A stretch of DNA of 64,000 nt from Zootoca vivipara (lineage: Eukaryota), in NCBI RefSeq assembly GCF_963506605.1, contig NC_083281.1, forward strand, positions 56,854,001 to 56,918,000. Direction: 5' to 3'. Below, in pieces: positions 22,801-36,200 of this stretch. Each line of letters begins with the position of its first letter. Within the stretch, counting starts at the first letter, position 1. Below the pieces are notes generated by a model. It saw only the letters and a program-made list of their open reading frames with translations, made no database searches and had not been told where the DNA came from. The position numbers and the translations under genes are program-made.

Positions 22801-25800
22801 AAAACCTTCATTGTTCCTCATTTCAGCACATCAGACAAGAAGGGCCTGAATGAGGCCAGATTTTTGGGGGCCCCCCTCTGGCCTACAAATGATAATAACC
22901 CCAAACAACCATCATAAATCTTTTGCTTGCCTTTTCCCCTCACCTTCTTAACATCCGTTCTCTGTCTCCATCGAGCCCAAACGAGGGCAGCTCCATAGCC
23001 CAGCAACAAGCTGCTTAGCAAGGCCAGCCCTGAAGGGTTTTGGCCCACGGTGCTCAGGAGCTTTGCAGTGTTGTGAAGGTCAATCAGGTGTGGCAGGACC
23101 AAGGAGATGCACCCAAAGAAGGTGAGGTGGTTGCACAAGCACTGGGTGCTGTGGAGGGTGCTTTGGGAGCCCACCTGGAAGGCAGACACTGATGCATTAG
23201 AAACCAACACAGGAGGACGAGGTACCAAAAGTTCTGCTCCATTTGGTTCCCCATGAAGAGTTTGGATTTGGATTTGATATCCCGCTTTATCACTACCCGA
23301 AGGAGTCTCAAAGCGGCTAACAATCTCCTTTCCCTTCCCCCACAACAGACACCCTGTGAGGTGGGTGGGGCTGAGAGACTTCAGAGAAGTGTGACTAGCC
23401 CAAGGTCACCCAGCAGCTGCATGTGGAGGAACGGAGACCTGAACCCGGTTCCCCAGATTACGAGTCTACCGCTCTTAACCACTACACCACACTGGCTCTC
23501 TACACCACACTGGCTCTGCCCCACTTTTTTTCCTCCCAGCATGGAAGCAAAGGCTTGCCTGCCTGCCCTACAGCCCTCTGGCCTGGTTGACCCTACTGCA
23601 TACCCGACATCCATCACTTCTCCAGGCCTGATGCTGGCTGGACCAGTAGTAGCATCCAGAGATGATGGTGTGGATGGAGAGGTTCCAGGGGCCCTGAGAG
23701 AGGGCAGCCACCTCTGCAGAGATGTAGTAGGTGCCCAGGCCGTGATGCTGCAGCTCCTCTGGAGGAATCACCCATGTGTAGGCACCCTCTGAAGCAAGAG
23801 CAGTGAGTCAAAGAGAGCAAAGAGAGACCACACCCACTGACCTCACCCACACATTCCCCCACTGGGGGACACAGTCCTGCCTGGCCCCAGCTCCTCAAGC
23901 CCCTCCCTCCCTAACTGTGTGCCTACTCCCAGGTGGACAGATTTAAATCAAAATGGTTTGGTCAATTATGTAAATGAAGAAACCGGTTGATTTAACTAAG
24001 CGATTTAAATCAAATTTCCCATTGATGTTTCCTACAGTGCAAATCTGACCACTACACCATGTTAATTTGCAATTAAATGAATTTAATTGGCAATTCAATA
24101 ATTGAAACACAGCTGATTCAATCTGTATACTTTTGCAACTTGTTCCCATATAGCAGGCTTCCTCAAACTTGGCCCTCCGAGTTTGAGGAAGCCTGCCATA
24201 TAGGTTATGTCTTATGGCTGAAACCCAGAACAGTTGGTGAAGTTAACACCTCAACGCTATGCCCACTTACCCGAGAGTTACCTCACTGAACTCCAATGAG
24301 ACTTACTTTTAAGGGGATACATGTAGCATTGTGCTGTACGTATGAGCATAAGAAGAACCTGCTGCATCAGGCCAATGGCCATTCTAGTCCAGCACTATTT
24401 TCCTAGAGGTCAATCAGATGCTCCAATAGGAAGTCCCAAAGCAGCACCTGCCCTCTAGCTTCCTGCTAACAAGTCCTCACCCTCTTGCCATCCGCTGCTG
24501 GGCAGGGTGGTGTTGAGGAGGCTGCTGTTCTCGTTGGGCTCAGGTTGGAGGCCCAGGTGCAAGGTGATCTGGACCACTGTGCTGGATTTCACCGATACTA
24601 GCAGGGCATCCTCTACTGATGTGACGTTTACCACAATGTCAAAGTTCCTGACGCTGCCAGTCAAGTGAGTGTGAGGGGCCTCAGCTCTAGCCTCAGCACT
24701 GAGCCCAATCTGGAAGCAGACAGAATGCCCATGGTCAGCCCTGAAGTGCCCCCCCACTGGTCCTTGAGCACGTACTGTCTCCTATCAGGCTGTACAGCAC
24801 AAAGTGCTTATCTCTGATCCAGCACTGGACCTTGGACAGCACTGCTTCTGCATGCCACTTGGATGCAGAGAAAAGAATCCCCCCTATCTAGCCAAGAAAT
24901 GCTCCCATCAGCAATGAATGAGGCTGGCACCTTCTGTGGGTGCAAATGTCCACACCACAACTGTGCCACAATCATGCTACGGAATGGTGCCACACTTGCA
25001 AGTATATTTCAGTCCTAAGCACACTTGAGGCCTTCTTGTGAGGAGGCTGCAATTGGTTTTAAAAAACACCAGGAAAGGGGGGAGCACTTAGATCTCTGTG
25101 GAGCTGACAACAGGCTGGAAAAAAAGGACTCGTAAAAATGACTGCCTCCTCCCTCACTCTCCAGCAGCACTCCCAGATCTGTCCCACTTAGAAAGACTTT
25201 GGGGGAGGGGGGAGAGAGATAATATGGGGGGGAGGGGAAGATGAGAGAGAAAACGAAACTCTTGGCACACCCTGCAAGAAGAGAGGCTCCATTTCCAAGC
25301 ATCAACTCCTTCAGAGCATTCAGAAATGATATTTTGCCTGGGAAAGTTATATTCATCCTCCTTTGATTGCTGTCAAAAGGGTAACATGACCCGTTTTAGA
25401 AAAACAAAACAGGGAAAGGATCTGGGCACTGCCGTCGCTAAGAACATTTGGGTGCAGATTTGGACTAATATTCCAAAGGAAAATTAATCAAGAAATATTC
25501 AGAGAATTTAAATAAAACCCCACATAATTCTCACGTTTTATAGAGGCAGTATCTATAGGTGGGTTTCTCGAGTTGCCCAGTGATAAAATGAAAATTTAAA
25601 ATTATGGCATGGAGGATTCCTACTGATCCTGGTTGATATCCAATGTTAGATTTACTCAGAGAAGACCCATTGAAATTAATAGACTTGACTAATTGAAGGT
25701 CGTTGATTGCAATGGGTCTACTCTGAGTGTAACTTAGTTGGATGTTAACAGTTTATTGGCATCCTTGTGTGGGTCCATCAGGTCTGAAAATGGAAAGTCA

Positions 25801-28800
25801 TTTCTCAGCGGCAGAAACAATCTGAATGTGTTCTGGGGAGAAAGGACCAGCTTCCTCTTTGTGGGGGATGGATGCCACACTCAGGAGTCCTGATCAGAGA
25901 GCTTCCCAGTACAGTATCCATTCTCACCTCTATTTCCTCTGCAAGATTGTAGACACCGATGGACTCCTCGCTGGCCATGAGAGCGATACTTGCCATCCTT
26001 TTGATCGGCTTCTCATCCAGGTGCCGGAAAGGGTTGAATGCAAAGGAGGCCACCTAGAGTGAAGATGAGAGCAAGAGTGAGCTGTGGGGTTGCCCTCTGC
26101 CGCACCTCCATGCCCTGCCAGCCCTGCACTATGTCCCCCTACAAGGACCCAGTGGGCAGCAAGCCACTACCACCTTACCTGGACTTGTACTTGGGGGTGC
26201 TGGCTCAGAACTGGCTCCAGAGCAGAGCTGGATGGGAAGGTTACGTTCAGGCCCCTTGGCTGAAGCAGGTGGAAGGAGGCATGGGACAGGGAGGCTTTGT
26301 CACACCTGGTACGGAGTGAGGAGAGAGGGGTTACTGTTGAAAGTTCAAGTGCAACTCCATCTTCAGAAGAGGGGTCTTGCGTAGGTTAGGACAGATAGAA
26401 CAGAGTTCAAGACCTCCAGATTCCCAGACTACCTTTGTGTCCTTAACCTCTACAGCTCACCTCTCTATCTCTTTTGATATTCTCAGGCTGCACTCTGTTT
26501 CACAACTTCTTGCTCCTCTCACATTTCTCTCTCCAAGAAGAATTATCCTTTGAGATAAGATAGGAGCCAGCATGGCTACCATGCTCAAGTACAGACTTGT
26601 TAGGCTAGATCTTGGAACTTTTCTATCCAACTACTACGGTATGTGGTTAGAGTGTGAGACATGGACATGGGAGAGCAGGGTTCAAATCCCCTCTCAGCCA
26701 TGAAACCCAATGGGTGACTTTAGGCCAGTCACTATCTCTCAGCCCCAACCTACCTCGCAGGGTTGTTGTGAGAATAAAATGGAGAAAAGGAGAAGTCTGT
26801 GAGCCATCCTGAGCTCTTTGGAGAAAAAGTGGGTTATAAATGTAGTAATAATTTTTTAAAAAAATCATGTAATATACTACTTTATTATTTAACTACAAGC
26901 ATCTCTGTGTGCGAGATTGTTAACTCATAAAAGTCTGTTCCCTAATTGTTAACTCATAAAAGTCTGTTCCCTAAGATGCATTCTCTGAACAATGTCTTAT
27001 TCTGCATACCAAAAGGATTCCAATAGGTAATTGGCAACCAAACAGTTCATTCAATTGCCCAGTTGCCCTGAGCAAGCCCCGCCCCCCACTTCTTCAGTGC
27101 CTAGGAGAGAGGAGACTGGTACCTGCTGAGGGTGGTGCTGAGCACAGGAGACACCACAGTTACTGTGGATTCCTCCGTGGTGGAGCTTCCCAACAGGAGT
27201 CCCATCTGGATCAGAGGAAGGGCTTCCAATGCTGTTTCCAGGACCTTTGGTTCCTGCTGCAGAAAGGCCAGGTGTGGTCAGGAGCTGGGCAGAGCCAGGA
27301 TGGGGAGCCGGGAAGCTCACCTCCCTTCCCATGGGCTCAGGTGTAATGGGAAGGCGTGGACAAGAGACCCAGCCATGCAGCAGGCCTGAGCTGGCAACCC
27401 CATCCTTCTGCCGGCTTGGGGAAGTGTGAAGGAGGAAGGAGCAGGTCAGAATAGTCTCCTCCACCCGACCCCTGTAGGTCCTCTTTCTTCCCCACCTGTT
27501 GCGTGCCAAAGCTGGGTGTCCAGCTGCCCGAGGCTTGGAGGAGGTTGCTGAGGGCCTGGAAAAGAGCCTGGGATGCGAGGTCTAGGCAGGAGGCATTGCT
27601 GGCAGGGTGGTCCCTCGGTAGCTGAGAGCTTAGGGAGAGGAGTGCCTGGCTGGCAGAGGCCTGTAGGAACAAGGCAGGGCTAGTGCATCTGGCGGGGCTG
27701 ATTTGGGGTTGCAAAGGTGAGGCTGGCTGTGCCAAGCGGCAGGCTTGCCTCTGTACAAAGCCTGGGTAGAGGGCCTGGCTCAACCAAGGCCTGGGAGAAT
27801 AGGCCGCAGGGGACAGACCTTTAGATCAGGGGTGCCACCCACCCTCCCTCCCTGCCATGTGCCAGTACCTGGGCATCGTCTGAGAGCAGAGTGTGGAAAT
27901 TTGTCAAATCCTTCAGCATCCGGGCTGCCCGCTCCAGTGCCATAGGGTGGTCTGGGGTCTGCACAGCCTGGCTAAACTGGTGCAGCACCTTCTCTAGGGC
28001 CTGTGGGACAGACCCTGAGTGAGAGGGGCTGGGGGAGAAGATGGCCTGGTTGCCCTATTACGCTGTCAGTGAGCCTGCAAGTAGAGCTTATTGCTAAATC
28101 TCTAACTGTGGGAAGCCTCCTCTACCCTATAGGGGGAAGACCTGAAAAGGTAGCTAGGCTGGAGGGAGCCACACACACCCACCCCCACACCCACCCCGCC
28201 TCCCCAGAGCCACTTGCCTCCCTTCCTGCTGTGGGCAAAACCAGTCTGCAAATCCCTCACTAAGTGACTTTGGATCCCTGGGAAATCACATACGAGTCAC
28301 GCTCATCTTTGATCTGCACCTCAGCGTTGGTTTTTCCAGGTGCAAAGGAAGAATGCTGCAACGCCCCCCCCCCCAGCATCTCCGGAGCAGGGTGTGGTGT
28401 ATGGGACAAGGTGCCACCAGAGTGGGGGCAGGTGCCAGCCCCAGATGTCTCCCTACCTTCCCCTGGTCCTCAGGGGGGAAGTGTCTAGGGCTGAAGGTGA
28501 AGAGGTCCGGGCTGGGGTTGGACTGGTGGCTTTTGGTATCCCCCGAGGTGGTTTTGCTGGTGGGCAGCGGCTGAGTGCTGGGCTCAGGGGCTGAGGTCTG
28601 AGAGTTGGGTCGGGTCTGGCTGCTGTTGCTGGCTGGCCACGTGCTGAATGCCGACTTGGGGCTGCTCGGCGGTTGGTGGGGAGTGCCGAGTGCTGGCCTG
28701 GTCCCAAGGAATGGCTGGATGTCAGCGGTGGTCGGCTGGCGAAGGGTGCTGCTTCCTGGAGGAGCACTGGGCGGCGGAGGAGTCGCGGCGGAGGGCTGGG

Positions 28801-30437
28801 CGCTCAGAGCAGCAGTCGCCGTCGGCTTTTCGGTGAGGATGGGCGTCGCCTCCGTCGGGCCACACGTCAAATGCTGGCAGGTCGTTTTCTGGGGGACAGG
28901 GAGAGAGAGTCACCAGGGCCGGCTGCTCGGCGGTGCGCTGCAGTCAGCCCAGGGGGCGCTGCGCAGCGGCGGCGGCCTAGAGAGTCATCGCCCATGCCTG
29001 TTCGACGGCTGCGCAGGCACCTGCTTTGGCGGGAACTTACCACCCAGGGCGTGGAAGTCTCTTGGGGCGTCCTTGGGGGGCCTGTAGCGGGCAGAGAGCA
29101 GAAGGGATTGAGCTCGAGAGGATTCATGGAAGGGGCGCTTCTGGCGCGGCAGGACCTGCGACGGCCAGCCCAGCCGCCTCGGGAGAGCCTGTCCCTGCAG
29201 CCACCTCGAAAGGGCGTGCTTCATGGGGGTGGGGGGCCGCCCAGAGAGTCTCATCCTCAGCTCAGCCACGAGGTCCTTTAAATTCTTTGAAGCTGGAGGC
29301 CCCATGGAGAAGAGCCCCCTGCCCAACCCCCTGTGGGTGCAGAATGAGGGCACGAACTCCCACCCGGGGGGGGGGGCAGACCCACGCACCAGACTGGCAG
29401 ATGAAAAAGTGCTTCTGGTCACACTTCTCCCTCCTGGTATAGAACTGGTCGCCATTCCGGACGAGGACTTTGCAGGGATCTGAGGAGAGTAGGCGCCGCC
29501 GTCAGACACGGTTATCCCTCTTCCCCGCCACCCCATACTCAGCCCGCCAGTTGTTTGCCTTTGGGGGATTTCTTAGGATAAGGCTTCCCGGCTGAGGCTG
29601 CCCTGGGTGCCTCCTTCAGGGCTCCGCTCCCTCTCCAGACTAGAGTCTCCCAGTGGTGGCGATTGGTTTAAGGGAAGCCTTTGCATAGGGTTAGTGCCTG
29701 GTAGCAAACCCTCGGACAGCCTTGCATTTATTTATTTTTTAACCGTCCCCACTCTTTGACTGCCTGTATCAGACGGCAGAGCTGAGCCATCAGCAGCGGG
29801 GCTTGGCATGGGAGGAGGGTTGCCACCCTGAGTGTCCTTGAAACGCTGGTGGGCGGGGTCCTCGACCAAGGGAAGGGTCTGCTGCAGGGCCTGGCTGGGC
29901 CCTTGAAGTGAGAAGCTTGGCTGCCCCACCTCAGTCCCCACGAGGAGACGGTGGTCCCACCTTGTGCATGGTGGCGGTCGTGCCCTGAGTGGTTTGGCGT
30001 CTGGGCGAGTCAGAGAGATGCTGAGTGGGGAATACAGTAACACACATCCCGGGACAGTATACGGGGCTTGGCTGCTGCTGCTGCCCATCTTCTGGGACCC
30101 CTTCCACGGTGCTGCTGTTGGGCCTCTGCGCCCCCACCCCGCTCTCACCTTTGCCAGAGTGTCTCACTTCCTGGAGCGCCTCTGCTGCAGCCCCGATCCA
30201 GGTTTTGCTCCCGTCGACCAGGCGGTCACGCAGGGCGTCTTGGATCTGCTGGTTCCACGTCTGGAGGAGCCGGCCGCGGGATCGTCTGCACCAAAACTCT
30301 GCACCCAAGGCCAGTTTTGGCCGCCGGAGCAGCCGATAGCAGTCCTCTCCTGCCACGGGCAGGCAGGCGGGCTCCGACTCCTCCGAAGAGACCTGTGCAG
30401 CCCAGAGCCAGAGCCACATCCCTATAGGGAGCCCCAT
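12087..30437 (-). CDS. PKD1L3: Polycystin-1-like 3: signal peptide, C-type lectin, Ser/Thr/Pro stalk, GAIN/GPS, PLAT, 11 TM including channel domain; about 30 exons (first 30149-30437, GPS 22944-23174, last 12087-12200)
   Basis: Exon translations include [15 protein letters not shown].., [27 protein letters not shown]|[83 protein letters not shown] and ..[23 protein letters not shown]. It is convergent with IST1, as in human. Confidence 0.92.
15725..16043. mobile_element. hAT-type non-autonomous DNA transposon
   Basis: 11-bp TIR CAGGGGCATAG/CTATGCCCCTG and a perfect 8-bp TSD GGTATGAT. Confidence 0.85.
16768..16813. repeat. (TG)n microsatellite
   Basis: Read directly from the sequence. Confidence 0.95.
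22609..22744. mobile_element. hAT-type MITE
   Basis: TIR CAGGCACCCCCAAACT/AGTTTGGGGATGCCTG, TSD CCCTGAAC/CCCTAAAC, and an internal ACTACAATTCCCA palindrome. Confidence 0.8.
23261..23519 (-). mobile_element. tRNA-derived SINE with L2-type tail
   Basis: The minus strand has an A-box-like GTGGTGTAGTGG, a B-box-like GGTTC, the core CCTTGGGCTAGTCAC and the tail GCCGCTTTGAG...AAAGCGGGATATC. Confidence 0.8.
24154..24195. mobile_element. 42-bp minimal hAT MITE
   Basis: 16-bp TIR CAGGCTTCCTCAAACT/AGTTTGAGGAAGCCTG and a perfect TSD CCATATAG. Confidence 0.85.
26636..26845 (+). mobile_element. Older tRNA-derived SINE with L2-type tail
   Basis: GGTTCAAATCC B-box, GGGTGACTTTAGGCCAGTCAC core and TGAGCCATCCTGAGCTC...GGGTTATAAAT tail. 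Confidence 0.7.
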
Positions 30438-31203
30438 GCCGCTCCCTCTTTGGGGCAAGCTGGCCCGGGGCCACCCTTTAATAGTCTAAACCGCCGCCCC
30501 CCACCGTGCACGCTCAGCCCACGAACTGAGAAAGCAGGTGGGGGAGCTGCTAGAAAGAGGAGCAGAGCATCGCCACACCCAGAGGCTGAACAGGTGCAGC
30601 ACCTGGCGCTCCAGCTGGAGATGGGCCCTCTTGTTTGCACAGAAGAGGGTGCCATTGTCTGCACCCCGGTGGGGAAGGAGGGAGGGGCAACTGCATTGTC
30701 TGCTGGATAAAAGGCACGTTGGCAGGCAAATGTTGAGAGCCCAGGAGGCCCATCCCATTCTTCTTGCTCCCGAGAACAGTATGATAACCAAGGGGTTAGG
30801 GCGACAAGAAATGGGATTTCAAGGGGTTTGGGAGTGGGGGCAAGATAGGAAGGTGGCAGACTCCCCTTCATTAAAGGTTTCTAAGCGGAGGGAAAGGGAC
30901 CCTCCTTCCAGGGAGGTTGTGCTAGTGGGATTCTCAGGAGGTAGGAGTAGATGACCCTCACAGTCCCTTCCAACACGACAGTTCTATGATTCTTCTGGAC
31001 AAGTGCTGGCGAGTCTCCAGCCAGCCACATGAGGTTTTACTGCATGTCACTGCCAGGTGTCCACCAGGGGGCTTGAAGGGGGAATGGGTGTCTGGATCTG
31101 GGCCTGGGCTCCTGAGCAGCTGATCATGATGTCCTCAGAGAGTGAAAGAGAGCTTCCACGGGCACCATTGACCTGTAGCCTGCCATTTATTCTGTGTGCC
31201 TAG

Positions 31204-31652
31204 TGTTGAATCACTTTTGAATCACTTTTGCTTGGAAGCTGACCTCACATAGGCTTCTTGGTGGGGAGAGGAGGCTTGCCTTCATTGCAATCACACACAG
31301 AATACTTAAAATTGGAAGATAATAAAGCTGCATTTATTATAAGAAATATATACTTGGATACAAAAGAGTTCCTGGTTTTAGCTAATTAATCTTGAAGCTA
31401 CAAGGGAGTCATGTTTGCTCTTTACTCTCGGCAGAGATACATCCATAGATGTCCTCTCTCCTTCAGAAGGAAGAGGGGGAAGCGGGAAGTTTGGTCATTG
31501 TCAGGAACCCTAAGAATATCAGTCTAATATTAAAGGAAAGGTCATCACAGAGATCAAAGGGCAGTTAGACAATATTGGAGGTTCCCTTCTCTATCCACTT
31601 TAACCTCATGCAAACCCTCAGCAAGCTGAGTTGCATCCCAACTCTTTCAACA
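31204..31652. mobile_element. Probable solo LTR
   Basis: Termini TGTTGAA...TTCAACA, imperfect 5-bp flanks CCTAG/CTTGG, and an internal AATAAA on -. Confidence 0.45.
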
Positions 31653-32565
31653 CTTGGTGGGTTCAGTGTTGGCTCAATTGGCATGTTACAGAATGGGGCT
31701 GCACTGTCTCCCTCCCATGCTGTGCCCTCCCGTTCCTCCAGAGAGATGGTCCTGGCCTTTGTACAGGTGTGGGTGACATCATGTTGGAGAGGCTGATTGG
31801 AGGTCTTGGGCACATGGCGTGGGAAAAGCCAAGGTGGCCTTGCAGAAAGATGCCCTCCCATCACTGGAGGGAGCACAGCCTGCAATCACAGAGGTCAAAG
31901 ACGTGGGTCAGGATGGGGCCCTAGGACTGCTTCCCAGCATATTTTCTGCTCCCTTGGCCCCAGTCCTGGAGCTGCAGTGTCCCTTAGGATGGTCAAGTTA
32001 AACTCATATGTCTGCTTTAGTCTGTCTGGCAGTGGCGCTTCAAGGCCACAAGCAAAGAGAGACTACTTGAGATCTTTTTAATGGGAAGTGCCAGGAGTTA
32101 GGAAGGCAGGGGGCCTTCTGCCTGCAAAGCACCTCTCCACCCACACTGTGCACATGCCAGTCACCACCTTTTAGTCCCTTCCCAATCTTCTCCCCTTCCA
32201 CAGGGGACAGTCCCAGTCCTGCTCTTGCAGGGGCTCCAGTTCAATGTGTTTCCTTCCTGTTTAGCAAGCCCAGGTGATGCCTAGTGTAGGTACTCGGCAT
32301 CCTCTGCCTCTCCCAGAATGGGCCCTGGCTACCTGCTCTTGGTAACCAGAGGTGCCCACACTAGCGACTGGATTCTTCCACCAAGCCTGCACACCTTGCC
32401 CAGCCACCCAAGGCAGCGGAGGAATGGTCCAGGGAATGGGTGGGTGGGCTCCTCGTCATGCTGAGCCAAAGTGAAGAGTCGTGATTCTTCTCTGTGTGTG
32501 CATAACCTTCCTTTACAGGAGGTGGACGAGGGAACAGACGTAGCACTGAAAACCCTTCCTCTTAC

Positions 32566-33177
32566 CTGGCCCCTGTCTTGAAATGAATTTTTTGAACTTG
32601 AGTTTCTTTTCTGCAGTTGGTGCAGGGCATTCTCGGTGCCACCTTTGCCCTTCACTACTTGGAGGTGGTCCAGGCCTCCACCCTCTCTGGGGAGGCCCCT
32701 TTCTTTATTCCCTTCCCTCCTTCAATTCATCCTGCCTTTCCACCTCTGCAAGCCTCCTTCCTCCCTTTACCGGTCTTCCAGGTCCAGGTCTGCCTCATCT
32801 TCATCCTCTGCTTTCTTCAGTATCAGGGCACAGAAGATGGCAAAGCTTATCACCTGCAGTGGGTTTCATGGGAGAAGAGGGATGGGCAGGATCCACAGCC
32901 ATTTTGCCCCCCACCCCATCCATAAAACAGAGGGAGCATCTGTAGGCTTCCCTTTCTCCAGATGAGCCAAGTCCCACAACAAGTGACAAAACACCACAAC
33001 AAATTGGTGTATGCATGGGGGTGCTTTGGTTAAATTCTCCCCCACCCCCTTGAAATTCATGGGAGGAAGAGAGGAAATGCTGTGGGTGTTTGTAGTGCTC
33101 CAATGCCAGACACCTGTCCCAGGCAAGCAGGTGGCAAACACATATGTGAGATGAGGAAGACGTCTGTGCACCATGAT

Positions 33178-33248
<71 letters not shown>

Positions 33249-36200
33249 AGATATCCCCTCCCCTTAGGGTTGCCAGCTGAGGAGTATCACCTGAGATTTC
33301 TCTGAGATTTCTGAGATTTCACCCAGACCCTGAAATTTCAGGTCCCAAACCTGACACCTAGGGGCTGCCTCTGGTGGTGTCAGGGGCACAGACCTTGGTA
33401 TAGACATGAGGGTCCTAGAGACACAGATTAATTAGGAGAAGAGTGGAGGTAGTCCCCCAGAGTGTCTATGCTATAATTTGCATCCAGCTCCTGCTGGTCC
33501 AAAGTGTGCACACTCTATACGCAGTCTTCTGTGTACACACACCCACACACCATTGGAACTTTCACCCATCTAGTGATTCAAGCCCTTCACCTGCCACCTG
33601 GAGGGTACTAGGCAAACCTGGAGACTTCAGATCAGACTTAGAGGCCTGGCAACCCGACCTCCCGTGAGAAGGCCCCCAGGAATGTTGGGTTTGCTCAGCC
33701 TGGCTGGGAAGTACAGTACCTTGAGGGGCTGCAGGACGAAGAGGGCCTGGCCCATGGAGATGGCAGTGGAGATGAGCCAGCGTTCGGTGCTCTCCTTCCC
33801 ATAGTGGAAGCCATAGAGCAAGGCGAAGAAGGTGGCCACTGCGCTGAGGGAGACCAGCAGGGCCCACCCCACCCAGGTGCCCCACCAGGGCAAGTGCCAC
33901 CTTCGGCTGTGGAGGAGCAAGAGGAAGGCATGAGGAGGAGGCTCTGCAGGGTAGGCTTCCCTGCCTGCTCACGGAGCCTGTCTGAGCTACCTACATGGAG
34001 CGAGACTGGATGGGTCTTGCTAGCTCGAGACGCCTGGCCATCTCCTCCACGCGCTGCTGCAGAGCTGGAGGGTGCTTGGCTGTCGGGACTCCTAGCTCCA
34101 GCTCCCCCAGGAGACGGGAGATGTGCTGCAGCTTCAGGAGGAGGTAGCGGTTGCAGTAGGTCTGGTGCAGCGCATTAGGGCTGGGCGCCACACTAGAGAT
34201 CTTGGGCTCCCTCCCTGCAAGCAGAAGCCACAGCGTCACCATCCTCTGGGGGTCTAGCAGGGCTGCTCAAGGCAGACAGGCAGGCAGGCATGGCTGGGCT
34301 CTCACCTGCTGCCTCCTCTTCCTCCCCAGGATCAGGGTGGATAAAACGAGCCAGCCACTGCAGAAGCTCCTCAAGGTCCATGTCGGGATGCAGCAGCTGT
34401 TGGCTCTGCTTGCTGGCTTTGCTCAGCGTCTCCACTGCCCCTCGCAGGCTCTAGGGAGGGAAAGACAAGCACGTGTAGAAGGGAGAGTGGCAGGCGACTG
34501 GGGCACAAATGCACCCAACAGGCTGAGGGTAAGGTGGGCAAAGCTGGGCCCAAGAAGATGTAGCAGGTGGGAGAAGTGCTGTGGGAGAGTTGTAGTTGAA
34601 TCTAACAATGCATATTTTTGCGAGTTAGCATGTGAAGGGGTTAAGACCATAGGGTCACATTATTGATAGACAGACTGAGACCATAGAAATGTAATTGGTA
34701 GAGACGGTTCTGTGTTGAGGTCATTTCCCCTCCTCTCTTGGGCATGAAGAATCAAAGTACAGTCATACTTCGGTTTAAGTACGCTTCGGTTTGAGTACTT
34801 TCAGTTTAAGTACTCCGTGGACCCGTCTGGAACGGATTAATACACTTTTCATTACTTTCAATGGGAAAGTTCGCTTCAGGTTAAGTACAGACTTCCAGAA
34901 CCAACTACACTCATACTTTGGGTTAAGTATGCTTCAGGTTGAGTACTCCACGGACCCGTCTGGAACGGATTAATCTACTTTCCATTACTTTAAATGGGAA
35001 AGTTCGCTTCAGGTTAAGTACACTTCAGGTTAAGTACAGACTTCCGGAACCAATTGTGTACTTAAACCGAGGTACCACTGTATTTCCTGTTCCTTCCCTC
35101 TCTCTTTTCTCTTCAGCCAGTGAAAGAGCAGACATATATCCTATCACTCCAGCATTGGCCACATGCCTCAAGCTGTTCATAATGTAAATATAAGTATTTT
35201 GCCTGCATTTATTTTACTGCTGTTGCTGCTGAGAACAACTGCATGACTATGAGTAAGTAAACATATTTTAAGCTTACTTCTCAATCTGTGTCTGGTTCTT
35301 TGTTAAGCGGCAACCAGCTTGCTTTGTGGCTGGACTTAATTTAATGAATGCTCCATAGCCTTTTCCTATGCTTCTATTTTTCTGCTGAGGATGAGACTGA
35401 ACTCTGCTCAGCCCCGTGTTTTAAACGATAAGCTGACCTCTTTGTATGTTCAGCCCACAAATGTGGGCACCTGGAGGGATAAATTGTCATCAACATATCC
35501 TCTCCTACCTATTAAAAGCCATCCCATAAGTGCTACAGAGAAAACTCTCTGGCAAGCCAGTGCTTGCTGTATCTGCAAATGCAAAAACGTCTCCCTGTGA
35601 CCAAGTTCACTGGTGCAAGAAGGATCCTGGGGGATGTGGGGCTTGGGGGAGAGGTAGCTGTGGATGGGGTGGGGGTTCTTCCCCACTGCCAGCTCAACCT
35701 TGACCTTATTCCAAGGGGAGGCACAATGGGAAAAATGTCCTGGCCCTCATCATGGGTCCTGGAGAGTTCTTGTCCCTACCTCATGCACAGTGTCCAGGGT
35801 TGTTGGGCTGGCAGGGGCACTGGGCACAGCCATTGCCAGGCCGGGCCTTGCGTGGCTCCTGCGTGGTTCAGCGTGGCGGAAGATGAATACAAGGAGCAAG
35901 TTGACGGGGAAGGTAATCAGGGCACTCTCCACACTGATCATGATGTCCTTCCAGGAGAGGGAGAAGCAGCTGCCTGTGTAGCAACAGGGGGGTGGGGAGT
36001 GCCTGCAAGTGGACCTTCCAGCCACCACTCTTTGTGCCCTAGGGATGCTGGAAGGAGGCACCTGCACAATCAGAGGCAGGATACCTCCAGATTCAGGGGG
36101 TGGGGGATCAAATGTAGGAGAGGAGCCTTGCTTGTGGGCTTCCCAGGAGGCATCTGGGTGGCCGTTTTGTGAGAAGCATGACGCTACGCTAGATCCCACC

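Noticed and set aside
26916-26974. 29-bp tandem duplication
   Set aside because: Ordinary intronic slippage duplication.
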